A stretch of 64,000 nucleotides of DNA from NCBI GenBank assembly GCA_965223345.1, contig CBDCWG010000012.1:2496001-2560000 (forward strand), in the 5' to 3' direction. The notes beneath the pieces were generated by a model, which had not been told where the DNA came from, made no database searches, and saw only the letters and a program-made list of their open reading frames with translations. Positions 1-8,413 of this stretch are shown here, piece after piece. This DNA is from Nitrospinales bacterium. GTDB lineage: Bacteria; Nitrospinota; Nitrospinia; Nitrospinales; VA-1. The translations under genes and the position numbers were made by a program. Each line of letters starts with the position of its first letter. Positions within the stretch are counted from its first letter, which is position 1.

Positions 1-160
1 TTGATTCCGCATGGGCGATGATAGCGGCGCCGCTCCAGCACGGTGCGGGCCGCATGAACACGCAGAAAACCGAACGTGCGGAAGCGGCCTCGTTGTGAAG
101 AGGCCTTCTCAAACCAGTCAACGGATCCTTATTGAGGATCACTTCATAGGTGAGGGTGTT

Positions 161-550
161 ATGAAACAGTGGATCGGATTGGCGCTTGTGATCGGAATGG
201 CGAGTGGGTTCACTCTGGGTTCAGCCGACCGCGCCCTGGCGCAGGCGGGCGGGCATGCCAGCGTCGGGCTGGGGCATGGCGAGGAAGGCTACCTGCATCT
301 TCAGGAGATGGTCAAGCATCTGGAATTCAGCCTCAAGATGCCGGATGCGAATCAGGAATTGAAAATGCACGGCGGGCAGGCGTTACAGCATGCCAAAGAA
401 GCGATGAAGCATTACGACGAAGCGCTCAAGCACGCTTCGGAATCGCTGGGCCGGCGCGCCCGCAGCTCCGGCATGGAAGGGTCGCACTCGCACGAGGAAG
501 GATCCGGGGGCCAATCGCATGAAGCGCCGAGAAGCGAAGGCTCGCACTGA
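161..550 (+). CDS. Secreted His-rich helical protein, SmbP-like small metal-binding protein
   Basis: ATG at 161 after GAGGG; signal peptide ending ALA; periodic His in helices (HLQEMVKH, ALQHAKEAMKHYDEALKH); His-rich tail. Confidence 0.6.
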   Translation: MKQWIGLALVIGMASGFTLGSADRALAQAGGHASVGLGHGEEGYLHLQEMVKHLEFSLKMPDANQELKMHGGQALQHAKEAMKHYDEALKHASESLGRRARSSGMEGSHSHEEGSGGQSHEAPRSEGSH

Positions 551-562
551 GCCAACAGCTCA

Positions 563-874
563 TTAAATTTTAAGGCAGATGTCCTCTCCACGGACGGCGA
601 CGGGAAACACGCGCGTGTTGAATTCCTCACTCACGTTGCACGCGCCGGTTTCCAGGTCGAACCGGTAGCCGTGGTTGGGGCATTTGATCCCCAGACCGTC
701 CAGTGTGCCGCGCAGCAACGGGGCGGTTTTTTTATGCGGGCAGGTGTCGCGGATCGCATAATAGCGGTTGTCGATGTTGAAGATGCTGATCCGCTCACCG
801 TCCACCTCCACACGCTTTCTTTCCCCAGGCGGGATGTCGGCGGTTTTCGCCACCGCGACGAAATCGCCGCTCAT
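563..874 (-). CDS. Rieske [2Fe-2S] ferredoxin (NirD/dioxygenase ferredoxin-like)
   Basis: CPH...CPNHGYRFDLETG motifs; ATG overlaps the stop of the upstream gene. Confidence 0.85.
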   Translation of the reverse strand: MSGDFVAVAKTADIPPGERKRVEVDGERISIFNIDNRYYAIRDTCPHKKTAPLLRGTLDGLGIKCPNHGYRFDLETGACNVSEEFNTRVFPVAVRGEDICLKI

Positions 875-1812
875 GAGCCCTCCGCCGGAAGATCGGGGTT
901 GCGGCTCCAGTCCCACCACGAACCGTCGTAGTTGCGCACCGGGATTCCCAGACTCCGGAGCGCCAGATACGCCATGCCCGAGCGCACCCCACCCGTGCAG
1001 TAAACCACGACCTCCTGATCCGGCTTGACGTTCGATTCTTCCAGCACCGCAAGCACTTTCTCTTTATCCAGCAACGCGCCGTCCTCGAAAAACCGTTCCC
1101 AGGGCAGATGTTTTGCGCCGGGAATGTGGCCGCCGCGTTTCGAGCCGTAGGGGGTCGCGCCGTCGTATTCCTTGCGCGTGCGGGTGTCCAAAAGACCGAG
1201 CGAGCGGTCCGCAAGGCGGCTGGCAATCCAGGCGCTGTCCGCGGCGACATTCGGGTTCAGCCTGATGTCCGCGGCTGTGAGGTTGGAAGTTTTGGGTTTG
1301 GGGCCGCGTCCGAATTCGGTGTCTCCGCCGGCACTCTGCCAGGCGGCCAGTCCGCCGTTCAGCACCGCGACCGATTCGAAGCCGAACCGCTCGAACATCC
1401 AGAAGAAGCGCCCGTCGGTGCGCCATTTATCGTTGGGATCGCCGTAAATGACGATGTTCGTTTCCTTTGCGATTCCCAGCGGTGCGAGTTTTTGGGCAAT
1501 GAATTCCGCATCTTCGATGAGCAGGCCGGGCACGCCATCGACCTTGCGGGTGAAACCCCGCCAGTCCGCGAGGTTGACCGCGCCTGGAATGTGGCCGAGC
1601 AGGTATTTCCAGTTGGAGCGGGTGTCCAGAATCACCGTGTTTTGCGGCGGCAACTGCTTGAGCCGTTCCGCGGAAACCGTCACCGAAAGCCGGGTTTTTT
1701 CCGCCGCCCAAACTCCGGGAACTCCAATGGAAATAAGGAGTAAAACCAGCAGCAGGATGCCCCTGATTTTGCTTGACAAAATACCGCCCTGGTTAGTAAT
1801 ATCTACACTCAT
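871..1812 (-). CDS. Exported tandem-domain rhodanese/sulfurtransferase
   Basis: GHIPGA twice, LNGG..W, active-site YCTGGVRS, YDGSWWDW; signal-like N-terminus; start uncertain. Confidence 0.88.
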   Translation of the reverse strand: MSVDITNQGGILSSKIRGILLLVLLLISIGVPGVWAAEKTRLSVTVSAERLKQLPPQNTVILDTRSNWKYLLGHIPGAVNLADWRGFTRKVDGVPGLLIEDAEFIAQKLAPLGIAKETNIVIYGDPNDKWRTDGRFFWMFERFGFESVAVLNGGLAAWQSAGGDTEFGRGPKPKTSNLTAADIRLNPNVAADSAWIASRLADRSLGLLDTRTRKEYDGATPYGSKRGGHIPGAKHLPWERFFEDGALLDKEKVLAVLEESNVKPDQEVVVYCTGGVRSGMAYLALRSLGIPVRNYDGSWWDWSRNPDLPAEGS

Positions 1813-2199
1813 TTTTCACTTCGTTGCCTTTCAAGCTAATAAATATATAAAAAACCGAAATTTACTTCCATCCGAATTCTTGCAGCAGGTCGAGGGAATT
1901 CCCAGGACATCCTCTTGGTCTTAACAATCCCGAATCCGGGATTTCACCCACCCTCCGAAGCCCGAATCGGAAAGCTGTAACAAAAAGGTTTTTTATTGGT
2001 ACATTAATGTCGAGCGTTTCCGGAGTTTGCGTTTCCCTCGCTCTTTATTATAGATGACAATACAGGTGATGGGTTGTAGGAAATTCTGTTTTGCATCTGT
2101 TTGAAAACGCGGAGACGAAGCTGACAAGTTGCGTCCGGGCCCCTGTTTTCCGGAGGCGGAAAAAAGTAACCCAGATACTCTGGCCCAGTTGGAGGAGTT

Positions 2200-3345
2200 A
2201 TGACGACGAGCGATCAGGATAAGGATAACGAGTCCAGCAAGAAACAAAGTGCTGAGGACCGGCTCGAAGAGATCAAACGGGAAGAGAAAGAAGACGCCAG
2301 CTCCTACTACGCCCAGGGAAAGGAAGAGCCCCCTAACATGGAAGAAGAATTCGCCAAACCGGTACCCGAAGTGGACAAAGCACGAGAAGAAATGAATCTG
2401 CTGAAAGCCGTGGCCTTTTTGGGGCTGGGGCTGGCGGCGCTCGCCATCATATTCATCCTGTTTTTCATCCGCGACCTCGATCAGCGCGTGGGCGGCATGG
2501 ATTCCACCGTCAACAAGCTGGAAGAGTCGGTCGGGCCGTTGAAGTCCGAAGTGGAAGCCAGCCTTTCGAAAGTCGAAGCCGATCTGCAAAAGCGCATGGG
2601 TGAGGTGGAAGCGGCCGTCACGTCGGTGAATTCCAAAATGGCGGGTCTGGAAGGCCAGTTGGGCGACTTCGAACGCGAAATGGCGATCAAGGAACTCAAA
2701 CGGGCGCTGCACACGGTTCGGGAAATGTCCACCGTGTCGGGTGAAGGCGTACAGAGCCGCACCCAGGATGTGGTCGCGAGCATCGAATCGCTGTTGTCCG
2801 AGATGGGCGGCGGCGAGGCCTCCAAAGGCATGGGAGCCTCCGGTTCGCCGGCGGGTGTGGTGAAAGTGCAGGAAGCGCCTGCGGAAGAGGCCGCTCCGGC
2901 CGAGCCGGCAGAGGAAGAAGCGGCGGCTGAAGAGCCTGCCGAGGAAGCCGGTGAAGACGAAGCGGGCGAAGAAGAAGCTGAAGAATCCGCCGAATCCGAT
3001 GAAGCCGAAGAGGCCGGCGAGGAAGAAGCCGCCGAAGCGGATGAGTCCGAAGAAGCCGGCGAAGACGAAGCTGAGGAGTCCGCCGAGTCCGATGAAGGCG
3101 AAGACGCCGGAGAAGAGGACGAAGAAGGCGACGCCGAAGCGGAAGATTCTGATGAAGGCGGTGAGGAAGACGATTCCGCGGAAGAGGACGACGGTGAAGC
3201 TGAGGAAAGCAAAGCCACCGACGCCGATATTTCCGACGATGAAATCGCCACCGGAGGCGACGATTCCGGTGCGAACGAGCAGACCGCAGCGGCGGATATG
3301 GAAGAACTTCCGTCAGTGGAAGAAATGCTGAGTGAGGAAGAATGA
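2200..3345 (+). CDS. Hypothetical single-TM coiled-coil protein with long Asp/Glu-rich tail
   Basis: GGAGGAG RBS; one TM segment; heptad region; ~150 aa acidic low-complexity C-terminus. Confidence 0.75.
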   Translation: MTTSDQDKDNESSKKQSAEDRLEEIKREEKEDASSYYAQGKEEPPNMEEEFAKPVPEVDKAREEMNLLKAVAFLGLGLAALAIIFILFFIRDLDQRVGGMDSTVNKLEESVGPLKSEVEASLSKVEADLQKRMGEVEAAVTSVNSKMAGLEGQLGDFEREMAIKELKRALHTVREMSTVSGEGVQSRTQDVVASIESLLSEMGGGEASKGMGASGSPAGVVKVQEAPAEEAAPAEPAEEEAAAEEPAEEAGEDEAGEEEAEESAESDEAEEAGEEEAAEADESEEAGEDEAEESAESDEGEDAGEEDEEGDAEAEDSDEGGEEDDSAEEDDGEAEESKATDADISDDEIATGGDDSGANEQTAAADMEELPSVEEMLSEEE

Positions 3346-3389
3346 GCATTCAGTGATTGTCAATCCGGTAATTTTTCTCAAGAGAAGGC

Positions 3390-3716
3390 ATGGCGGCTAT
3401 TAAATTCATCATCTCCATATTGTTTCTGATTCTGGTGGCATTCTTTTCGGTCAAGAACATGCATTCGGTGGGAATCGAGTACTACGATTTCCAATTCCAG
3501 CGCCAATCCATCGAACTTCCCCTCATGGTCGTGGTGCTGGTTCCCTTCGTCGCCGGTTTTCTGTTTGCCTGGTTTTTCGGTTTCCTGCGGTCCATCGGGC
3601 TGCAGACCAGCGTTGCCAGGAAAAACCGCGAGATCAACACCCTGAGCGCCGAGCTGGACCGTCTGAAAACCCATACGCCCTCGTCCCAGGCCTTGCACGC
3701 GGTCCGCGACAACTGA
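3390..3716 (+). CDS. LapA-family lipopolysaccharide assembly protein A
   Basis: TM, F..KN...V motif, LPL, second TM, short coiled coil. Confidence 0.7.
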   Translation: MAAIKFIISILFLILVAFFSVKNMHSVGIEYYDFQFQRQSIELPLMVVVLVPFVAGFLFAWFFGFLRSIGLQTSVARKNREINTLSAELDRLKTHTPSSQALHAVRDN

Positions 3717-3810
3717 GTTTTCCGTCCCGACGGCGGACGCTCACGGGAGGAGTGTTGCCTTTCCTCCCTTTTTCCTTTTGATTCCCGTTTCCTGAACCGC
3801 TCCTGCTTTT

Positions 3811-4854
3811 TCAGGCGGGCTGCTGCTGGGTGATGCAGTGGATGCCGCCGAGACCCACGACGAGCTGTGTGCCGTCGATGGGAACGACGGTGCGTCCGGG
3901 GAAGCAGTCCGTGAGGATTTCTTCGGCCCGGGCGTCGTTGGCGTGTCCGTAGACGGGCAACAGCACCGCCCGGTTGCCGATGTAAAAATTGGCGTAGCTT
4001 GCGGGCAGGCGTTCCCCGTAAGGTGCGACCGGTCCCGGCAGCGGCAGCGGGCGCACCGTGAACGGTCTGCCGTGCGCGTCGGTGGCCCGGTCGAGCCGGC
4101 GGCGGTTTTCCAGCAGGCCGCGGTGGTTGGGGTCGTTCGGGTTCTCTTCATAGGCGCACAGGACGGTGTCCGTGTCCACGAAACGGGCGAGGTTGTCGAT
4201 GTGCCCGTCGGTGTCGTCGCCTTCCAGGCTTCCCGCCAGCCAGATGACCTGCGTCACGCCCAGATAGTCTTTCAGGTACGTTTCCATCACCTCGCGCGAG
4301 AGGCCGCCGTTTCTGTTCGGGTTGAGCAGGCAGGGCTCGGTGGTCAGGCAGACGCCGCGGCCGTTGCTTTCGATCGCGCCGCCTTCCAGAACGATTCCCG
4401 GTTCGAACACCTCGCAGCCCACGCGCCGCACGATTTCCATACCGGCGCGGTCGTCCCACTGCCAGTCGTATTTTCCACCCCAGGAATCGAATCCCCACAC
4501 ATTGGCCGCAACCGAGCCGGATGCGTGCACCAGAAAATTGGGGCCGTAGTCGCGGATCCACGCATCGTCTGTGCGGATGCGATGCAGAACGACGCGGTCC
4601 TCCTCGATGCTGCGCTCGCGGCACAGGGTGTGAACACGTTGCCCGGTGGGGCCGTCGTTGACCAGGATGTGCACCGATTCACCGGCAACCAGGGCGGCGA
4701 CGATTTCCAGATAGGTTTGCTCCACCGCAGCGAGCGTGCCCGCTCCCGGCCAGGTTTCCGCATTGTGCGGCCAGGCGAGCCAGGTCGCGGCGTGCGGTTC
4801 CCATTCGGCGGGCATGCGGTAGCCCGATGTGCGGGGGAGGTTCGGCTCAGTCAT
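3811..4854 (-). CDS. aguA: Agmatine deiminase
   Basis: MPAEWEPH, WIRDYGP, EGG, DTDGHID, SYANF, GGIHCITQQQP. Confidence 0.93.
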   Translation of the reverse strand: MTEPNLPRTSGYRMPAEWEPHAATWLAWPHNAETWPGAGTLAAVEQTYLEIVAALVAGESVHILVNDGPTGQRVHTLCRERSIEEDRVVLHRIRTDDAWIRDYGPNFLVHASGSVAANVWGFDSWGGKYDWQWDDRAGMEIVRRVGCEVFEPGIVLEGGAIESNGRGVCLTTEPCLLNPNRNGGLSREVMETYLKDYLGVTQVIWLAGSLEGDDTDGHIDNLARFVDTDTVLCAYEENPNDPNHRGLLENRRRLDRATDAHGRPFTVRPLPLPGPVAPYGERLPASYANFYIGNRAVLLPVYGHANDARAEEILTDCFPGRTVVPIDGTQLVVGLGGIHCITQQQPA

Positions 4855-5722
4855 CCGAGCCGCGGTAGATTCGGGAGATGTCCTGATAGGCGTCGATGCG
4901 GCGGTCGCGCAGAAACGGCCAACTCTGGCGGGTGATTTCGATCTGTCCCAGATCGCATTGGGCGATCAGGATCTCCGGCGCGTCCTCTGCGGCCTCGGCG
5001 ATGATTTCGCCGAACGGGTCGCACACGAACGAGCGGCCCCAGAAACGGATCGCATCTTCCTTGCCGACACGGTTGGCCGCCGCCAGAAACACGCCGTTGG
5101 CGATGGCGTGGCCGCGCTGCACGGTCTGCCAGGCCGCGGCCTGTTTGTCCTTCTCGGCGTCGTCAAATTCCTGGTAACCGATGGCGGTCGGGAAAAACAG
5201 GATCTGCGCGCCCGAAAGCGCGGTGAGGCGCGCCGCCTCGGGAAACCACTGGTCCCAGCAGATGAGCACGCCGATCCGGCCGTAGCGGGTTTCAAAGCTT
5301 TGAAAGCCGGTGTCGCCGGGCGTGAAGTAGAATTTTTCGTAAAAGCCGGGGTCGTCGGGGATGTGCATCTTGCGGTAATGGCCCACCTGCGAACCGTCGG
5401 CGTCGAAGACCACGGCACTGTTGTGGTAGATGCCCTCGGCGCGTTTTTCGAACAGCGGCGCGACGATGACGATCTGCTTTTCGGCAGCGAGTTTGCTCAG
5501 CGCTTCGGTGCTGGGGCCGGGCAGGGACTCGGCCAGCGCGAACCGTCCGGCGTCTTCCTCCTGACAGAAATAGCGCGAGCGATACAGCTCCTGCAGGCAG
5601 ACGATCTGCGCGCCCTTGTCCGCGGCGTCCAGGATCGCGCACACCGCTTGTTCCAGGTTCTCTCTCAGATCCTGCGAGCAGGCCGACTGCACCAGCCCGA
5701 TAGTGACGATATTGCTTTCCAT
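4847..5722 (-). CDS. aguB: N-carbamoylputrescine amidase (carbon-nitrogen hydrolase)
   Basis: E-K-C triad: LQEL, YRKMHIP, ICWDQWFPE; overlaps aguA. Confidence 0.88.
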   Translation of the reverse strand: MESNIVTIGLVQSACSQDLRENLEQAVCAILDAADKGAQIVCLQELYRSRYFCQEEDAGRFALAESLPGPSTEALSKLAAEKQIVIVAPLFEKRAEGIYHNSAVVFDADGSQVGHYRKMHIPDDPGFYEKFYFTPGDTGFQSFETRYGRIGVLICWDQWFPEAARLTALSGAQILFFPTAIGYQEFDDAEKDKQAAAWQTVQRGHAIANGVFLAAANRVGKEDAIRFWGRSFVCDPFGEIIAEAAEDAPEILIAQCDLGQIEITRQSWPFLRDRRIDAYQDISRIYRGSDD

Positions 5723-5902
5723 GACGGTGTTCCTCTCTCCCGCTTCATCGATTGAAAGTCAGGAGTATAAAATGAATGCGAATCACAGGGGCAAAAATAT
5801 GAGATTGCCAATTTCTCTGGATTTGGCTTTCCGGCCCTAACCGGACATTCAATTCCTGAATAAAGACCTGTTTGAAGCAATTTGTACAGTTTACGCAGTG
5901 CG

Positions 5903-6553
5903 TTAATCATCGATCAGCAGATGTCCAAAAAAAGCAAATATGCCAATCATGATGCCGGTCAGGAACTGAGCGTGGACAAGATAGGAGAATTTCTTCAACT
6001 CTTTGGGCGAATACCTCCATGTCAGAAACAGTCCGAACAATCCCTGCCAAAGGACCAACACCAATACAGCCGGAAAGAATAATATCTTCATCGACATACC
6101 CACCAGCGCAATGTGCAGCAGGATAATTGCAATTGTCGCGATCCCGACATACACATGGGTCCTATTCAAGAAACCAAGCAACCGCAGGGGAATCGACGCG
6201 CCGGGGCGGGGGGCGTCGTCCGGGAGGATGCGCTGTAAAAAGGTGGTTTTGCCTAGCGCCAGTTTCAATACCGTGCGGGCATAAATAAAAAGCAAGGCCC
6301 ACAACCCGACCTCACCAAACCCCTCGCCTATCTCGCTCAGGAATGTTTCCCGCTCGGGGGTGGGTGGGTACACCGTATTGGCGTACACGAAATATACGAT
6401 CGAAACGGACAGGACAATCCCTGTATAAATCAATATGCCCTTGAAACTCTTTATCACTGTGTTTTGCTTTCCTCCCGCTGCGCTAGAGGGGCACTTGAAA
6501 ACGATCTTTTTCTTTGCTTTGAAAGTTCGCTGCGGGGCGTTTGTGGAATTCAT
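5903..6553 (-). CDS. Multi-pass membrane protein with His pairs, possibly cytochrome b/ferric-reductase-like TM domain
   Basis: ATG at 6553 after GAGGG; about 5 TM segments; H-x13-H in RTHVYVGIATIAIILLH plus two C-terminal His. Confidence 0.6.
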   Translation of the reverse strand: MNSTNAPQRTFKAKKKIVFKCPSSAAGGKQNTVIKSFKGILIYTGIVLSVSIVYFVYANTVYPPTPERETFLSEIGEGFGEVGLWALLFIYARTVLKLALGKTTFLQRILPDDAPRPGASIPLRLLGFLNRTHVYVGIATIAIILLHIALVGMSMKILFFPAVLVLVLWQGLFGLFLTWRYSPKELKKFSYLVHAQFLTGIMIGIFAFFGHLLIDD

Positions 6554-6656
6554 CACGCCCTCATTAATCAGCGGGCGGTTCCACAAACTCTCCCGGCCTC
6601 TCAATCCCGCAAGCTCCTTGAGCCGCTCTTCTGAAAGCATTGTCTTCAGTTTCAGG

Positions 6657-6712
6657 TCTTGAATATCACGAGTATAGGGGATGTGTTTGTAATGCACAAC
6701 GGGGAATGGGGC
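6657..6712. repeat. Direct repeat copy 1 (41-bp identical core 6666-6706)
   Basis: tcacgagtataggggatgtgtttgtaatgcacaacggggaa also occurs at 7745-7785. Confidence 0.95.
6671..6699 (-). promoter_or_regulatory. Sigma70-like promoter TTGTGC-N17-TATACT
   Basis: Canonical spacing; duplicated exactly at 7750-7778. Confidence 0.7.
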
Positions 6713-6731
6713 AGGTTTGGAACACGCGCAC

Positions 6732-7526
6732 TCAATCTATTAGTTTTGGGATCTCTCCAGAAAAATCGATCCAGGAATTGGTGCCCAACAGTTTTGCCCC
6801 TTCAACACTGGGTTCTTCATAACGCATCACAAAGTTTTTGGGGCCATGGGCATAGGCAACAACCAGCCCGTATTCGGAATCCAGAAAGCCACCATGCGGC
6901 CCCAGGCCTGGATAGCTGATACGCCAACCCGGACCATTCAGTCCTACATAGCCCAAAGTCAGTTTGCCGATAACATCATCCGGTAATAAGAAGAACCACG
7001 TCCATGGACCGCCTGATACTATCGTCATCACCTCATCGATGCCCATCCCATTTTCTGCGCTGTTCACGTGGAGTTTGCCAAACTTCACCTGAAGGAAAGC
7101 CCTGACTTCCGGACTCAAGGCCTTCATATCGTAAACTTTTGGATAAGGAGGGACATCAATTTCTGAGGTCGTTAAATAACCACCCCGGTGAGCCTCAGGT
7201 TTTCGACCCGCTTTGCCAATTTCGTCAAGCAGTTCTCCTCGATGCAGAGAAAAAATCGACAACAGCTTGGCCGTTTCCTCAGGGGTTATGGCTCTGGTTT
7301 GTGAAGCTTTTAATATTGGAGAAGCCGCCTCCGGTAAAGGTAATGTGCTCACCCGGACCCCGACGGAGCGTAGCACTTTATTGATGCTTTCCAGCCCAGT
7401 GGTGGCGGGCTTCCCGTCGCTGTATGAGAGCTTGATTTTACCTTCTGATGGAAATTGATCCGCAAAACCGTGCGTTGGAAAAAATAAGAACAAGGAAAAT
7501 AGAGCCAGTTGGATCCTTTTTATCAT
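6732..7526 (-). CDS. Secreted cupin-fold protein resembling acireductone dioxygenase
   Basis: Signal peptide (GFA|DQ); KFGKLHVN...DEVMTIVSG and later YPGLGPH resemble the cupin metal motifs; lower GC. Confidence 0.55.
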   Translation of the reverse strand: MIKRIQLALFSLFLFFPTHGFADQFPSEGKIKLSYSDGKPATTGLESINKVLRSVGVRVSTLPLPEAASPILKASQTRAITPEETAKLLSIFSLHRGELLDEIGKAGRKPEAHRGGYLTTSEIDVPPYPKVYDMKALSPEVRAFLQVKFGKLHVNSAENGMGIDEVMTIVSGGPWTWFFLLPDDVIGKLTLGYVGLNGPGWRISYPGLGPHGGFLDSEYGLVVAYAHGPKNFVMRYEEPSVEGAKLLGTNSWIDFSGEIPKLID

Positions 7527-7542
7527 TTCAGTATTTCCTCAA

Positions 7543-7641
7543 TCATAGAACAATAAAAAAATTGAATGGAGTATGTTGGTTGACGTGGACGGTCCGCACC
7601 TGCGATTTTTGCATTTTCAATGGTGCGTTTGCGGGTTGCAT
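7543..7641 (-). pseudogene. 32-codon ORF; probable truncated 5' remnant of a paralog of the 5903-6553 gene
   Basis: gtgATG MQPANAP versus gtgATG MNSTNAP, after a homologous leader and identical promoter. Confidence 0.45.
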
Positions 7642-7735
7642 CACACCTTCCTTCTCCAGGGACGATTCAACCATCTCCCCGCGGTTCCTCAATGCTGCCG
7701 TGCGACTCCTTGAACCGGTTTTTCTGAGGATGCTT

Positions 7736-7791
7736 TCTTGAGTTTCACGAGTATAGGGGATGTGTTTGTAATGCACAACGGGGAAAGGGGC
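7736..7791. repeat. Direct repeat copy 2 containing the minus-strand promoter (7750-7778)
   Basis: 41-bp exact match to 6666-6706. Confidence 0.95.
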
Positions 7792-7943
7792 TCCGGAGGG
7801 GCAAAGCCGCATTGTTTCCACCCGCCGTTTGTGCTAAAAATAGAAAGTTTTAATGTGAGCCCGGCTGACGGGTGCGCTGCGCTGGCGCCGTCGGCGGGGC
7901 TGTTGTGCGTGTTTTTACCTTATATTGGGATTTGAATTGAGCC

Positions 7944-8315
7944 GTGTGGGTGAAAGAAGCATTCCGAGATTACTACAAGCCGAAACTCAGGCGTGAGCTG
8001 AAGCGCGATCCGACCCAGGAGGAGATGGACGCGCGCTTCGAGGAAATCTACAGCCAGGTCAACTGCACGCTGCTTGCCGGTGTGCACGAGGGCGTGGGGA
8101 TCTATTTTTACGAGATCGCCAAGTTCACGCTGGATGAGTTCAAGACGTTCCGCGACCGCCCGGAAGAATACCTGTTCGAGCGCTTCGGCGGCGGCAACTA
8201 CAAACTGAATTTCTACGAAGGGCCTTCCTTCATCGTCTGCGTGAACTTCAAACCGGAAGGCGAGCCGAAGTGGCACCACCTGCTGCCGGAAAAAGTGCGC
8301 GCGTCCATGAAGTGA
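7944..8315 (+). CDS. Hypothetical protein
   Basis: Host-like codon usage; 123 aa globular-looking ORF. Confidence 0.7.
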   Translation: MWVKEAFRDYYKPKLRRELKRDPTQEEMDARFEEIYSQVNCTLLAGVHEGVGIYFYEIAKFTLDEFKTFRDRPEEYLFERFGGGNYKLNFYEGPSFIVCVNFKPEGEPKWHHLLPEKVRASMK

Positions 8316-8413
8316 ATTTTTCAATGATCCTTTAACATCACGGGTTTTATCCACAACGTGAATCCGGGCTGCTGTATTTTTCTCTCCTGGCCCGCAAGTA
8401 TTTTTTATAACTC

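Noticed and set aside
2481..3251. 256-aa Ser-rich minus-strand ORF
   Set aside because: It is the antisense shadow of the GAA/GAG-rich acidic tail of 2200-3345.
6666..7785. 41-bp direct repeats as CRISPR repeats or att sites
   Set aside because: There are only two copies ~1.08 kb apart with no cas or recombinase genes; a duplicated promoter explains them better.
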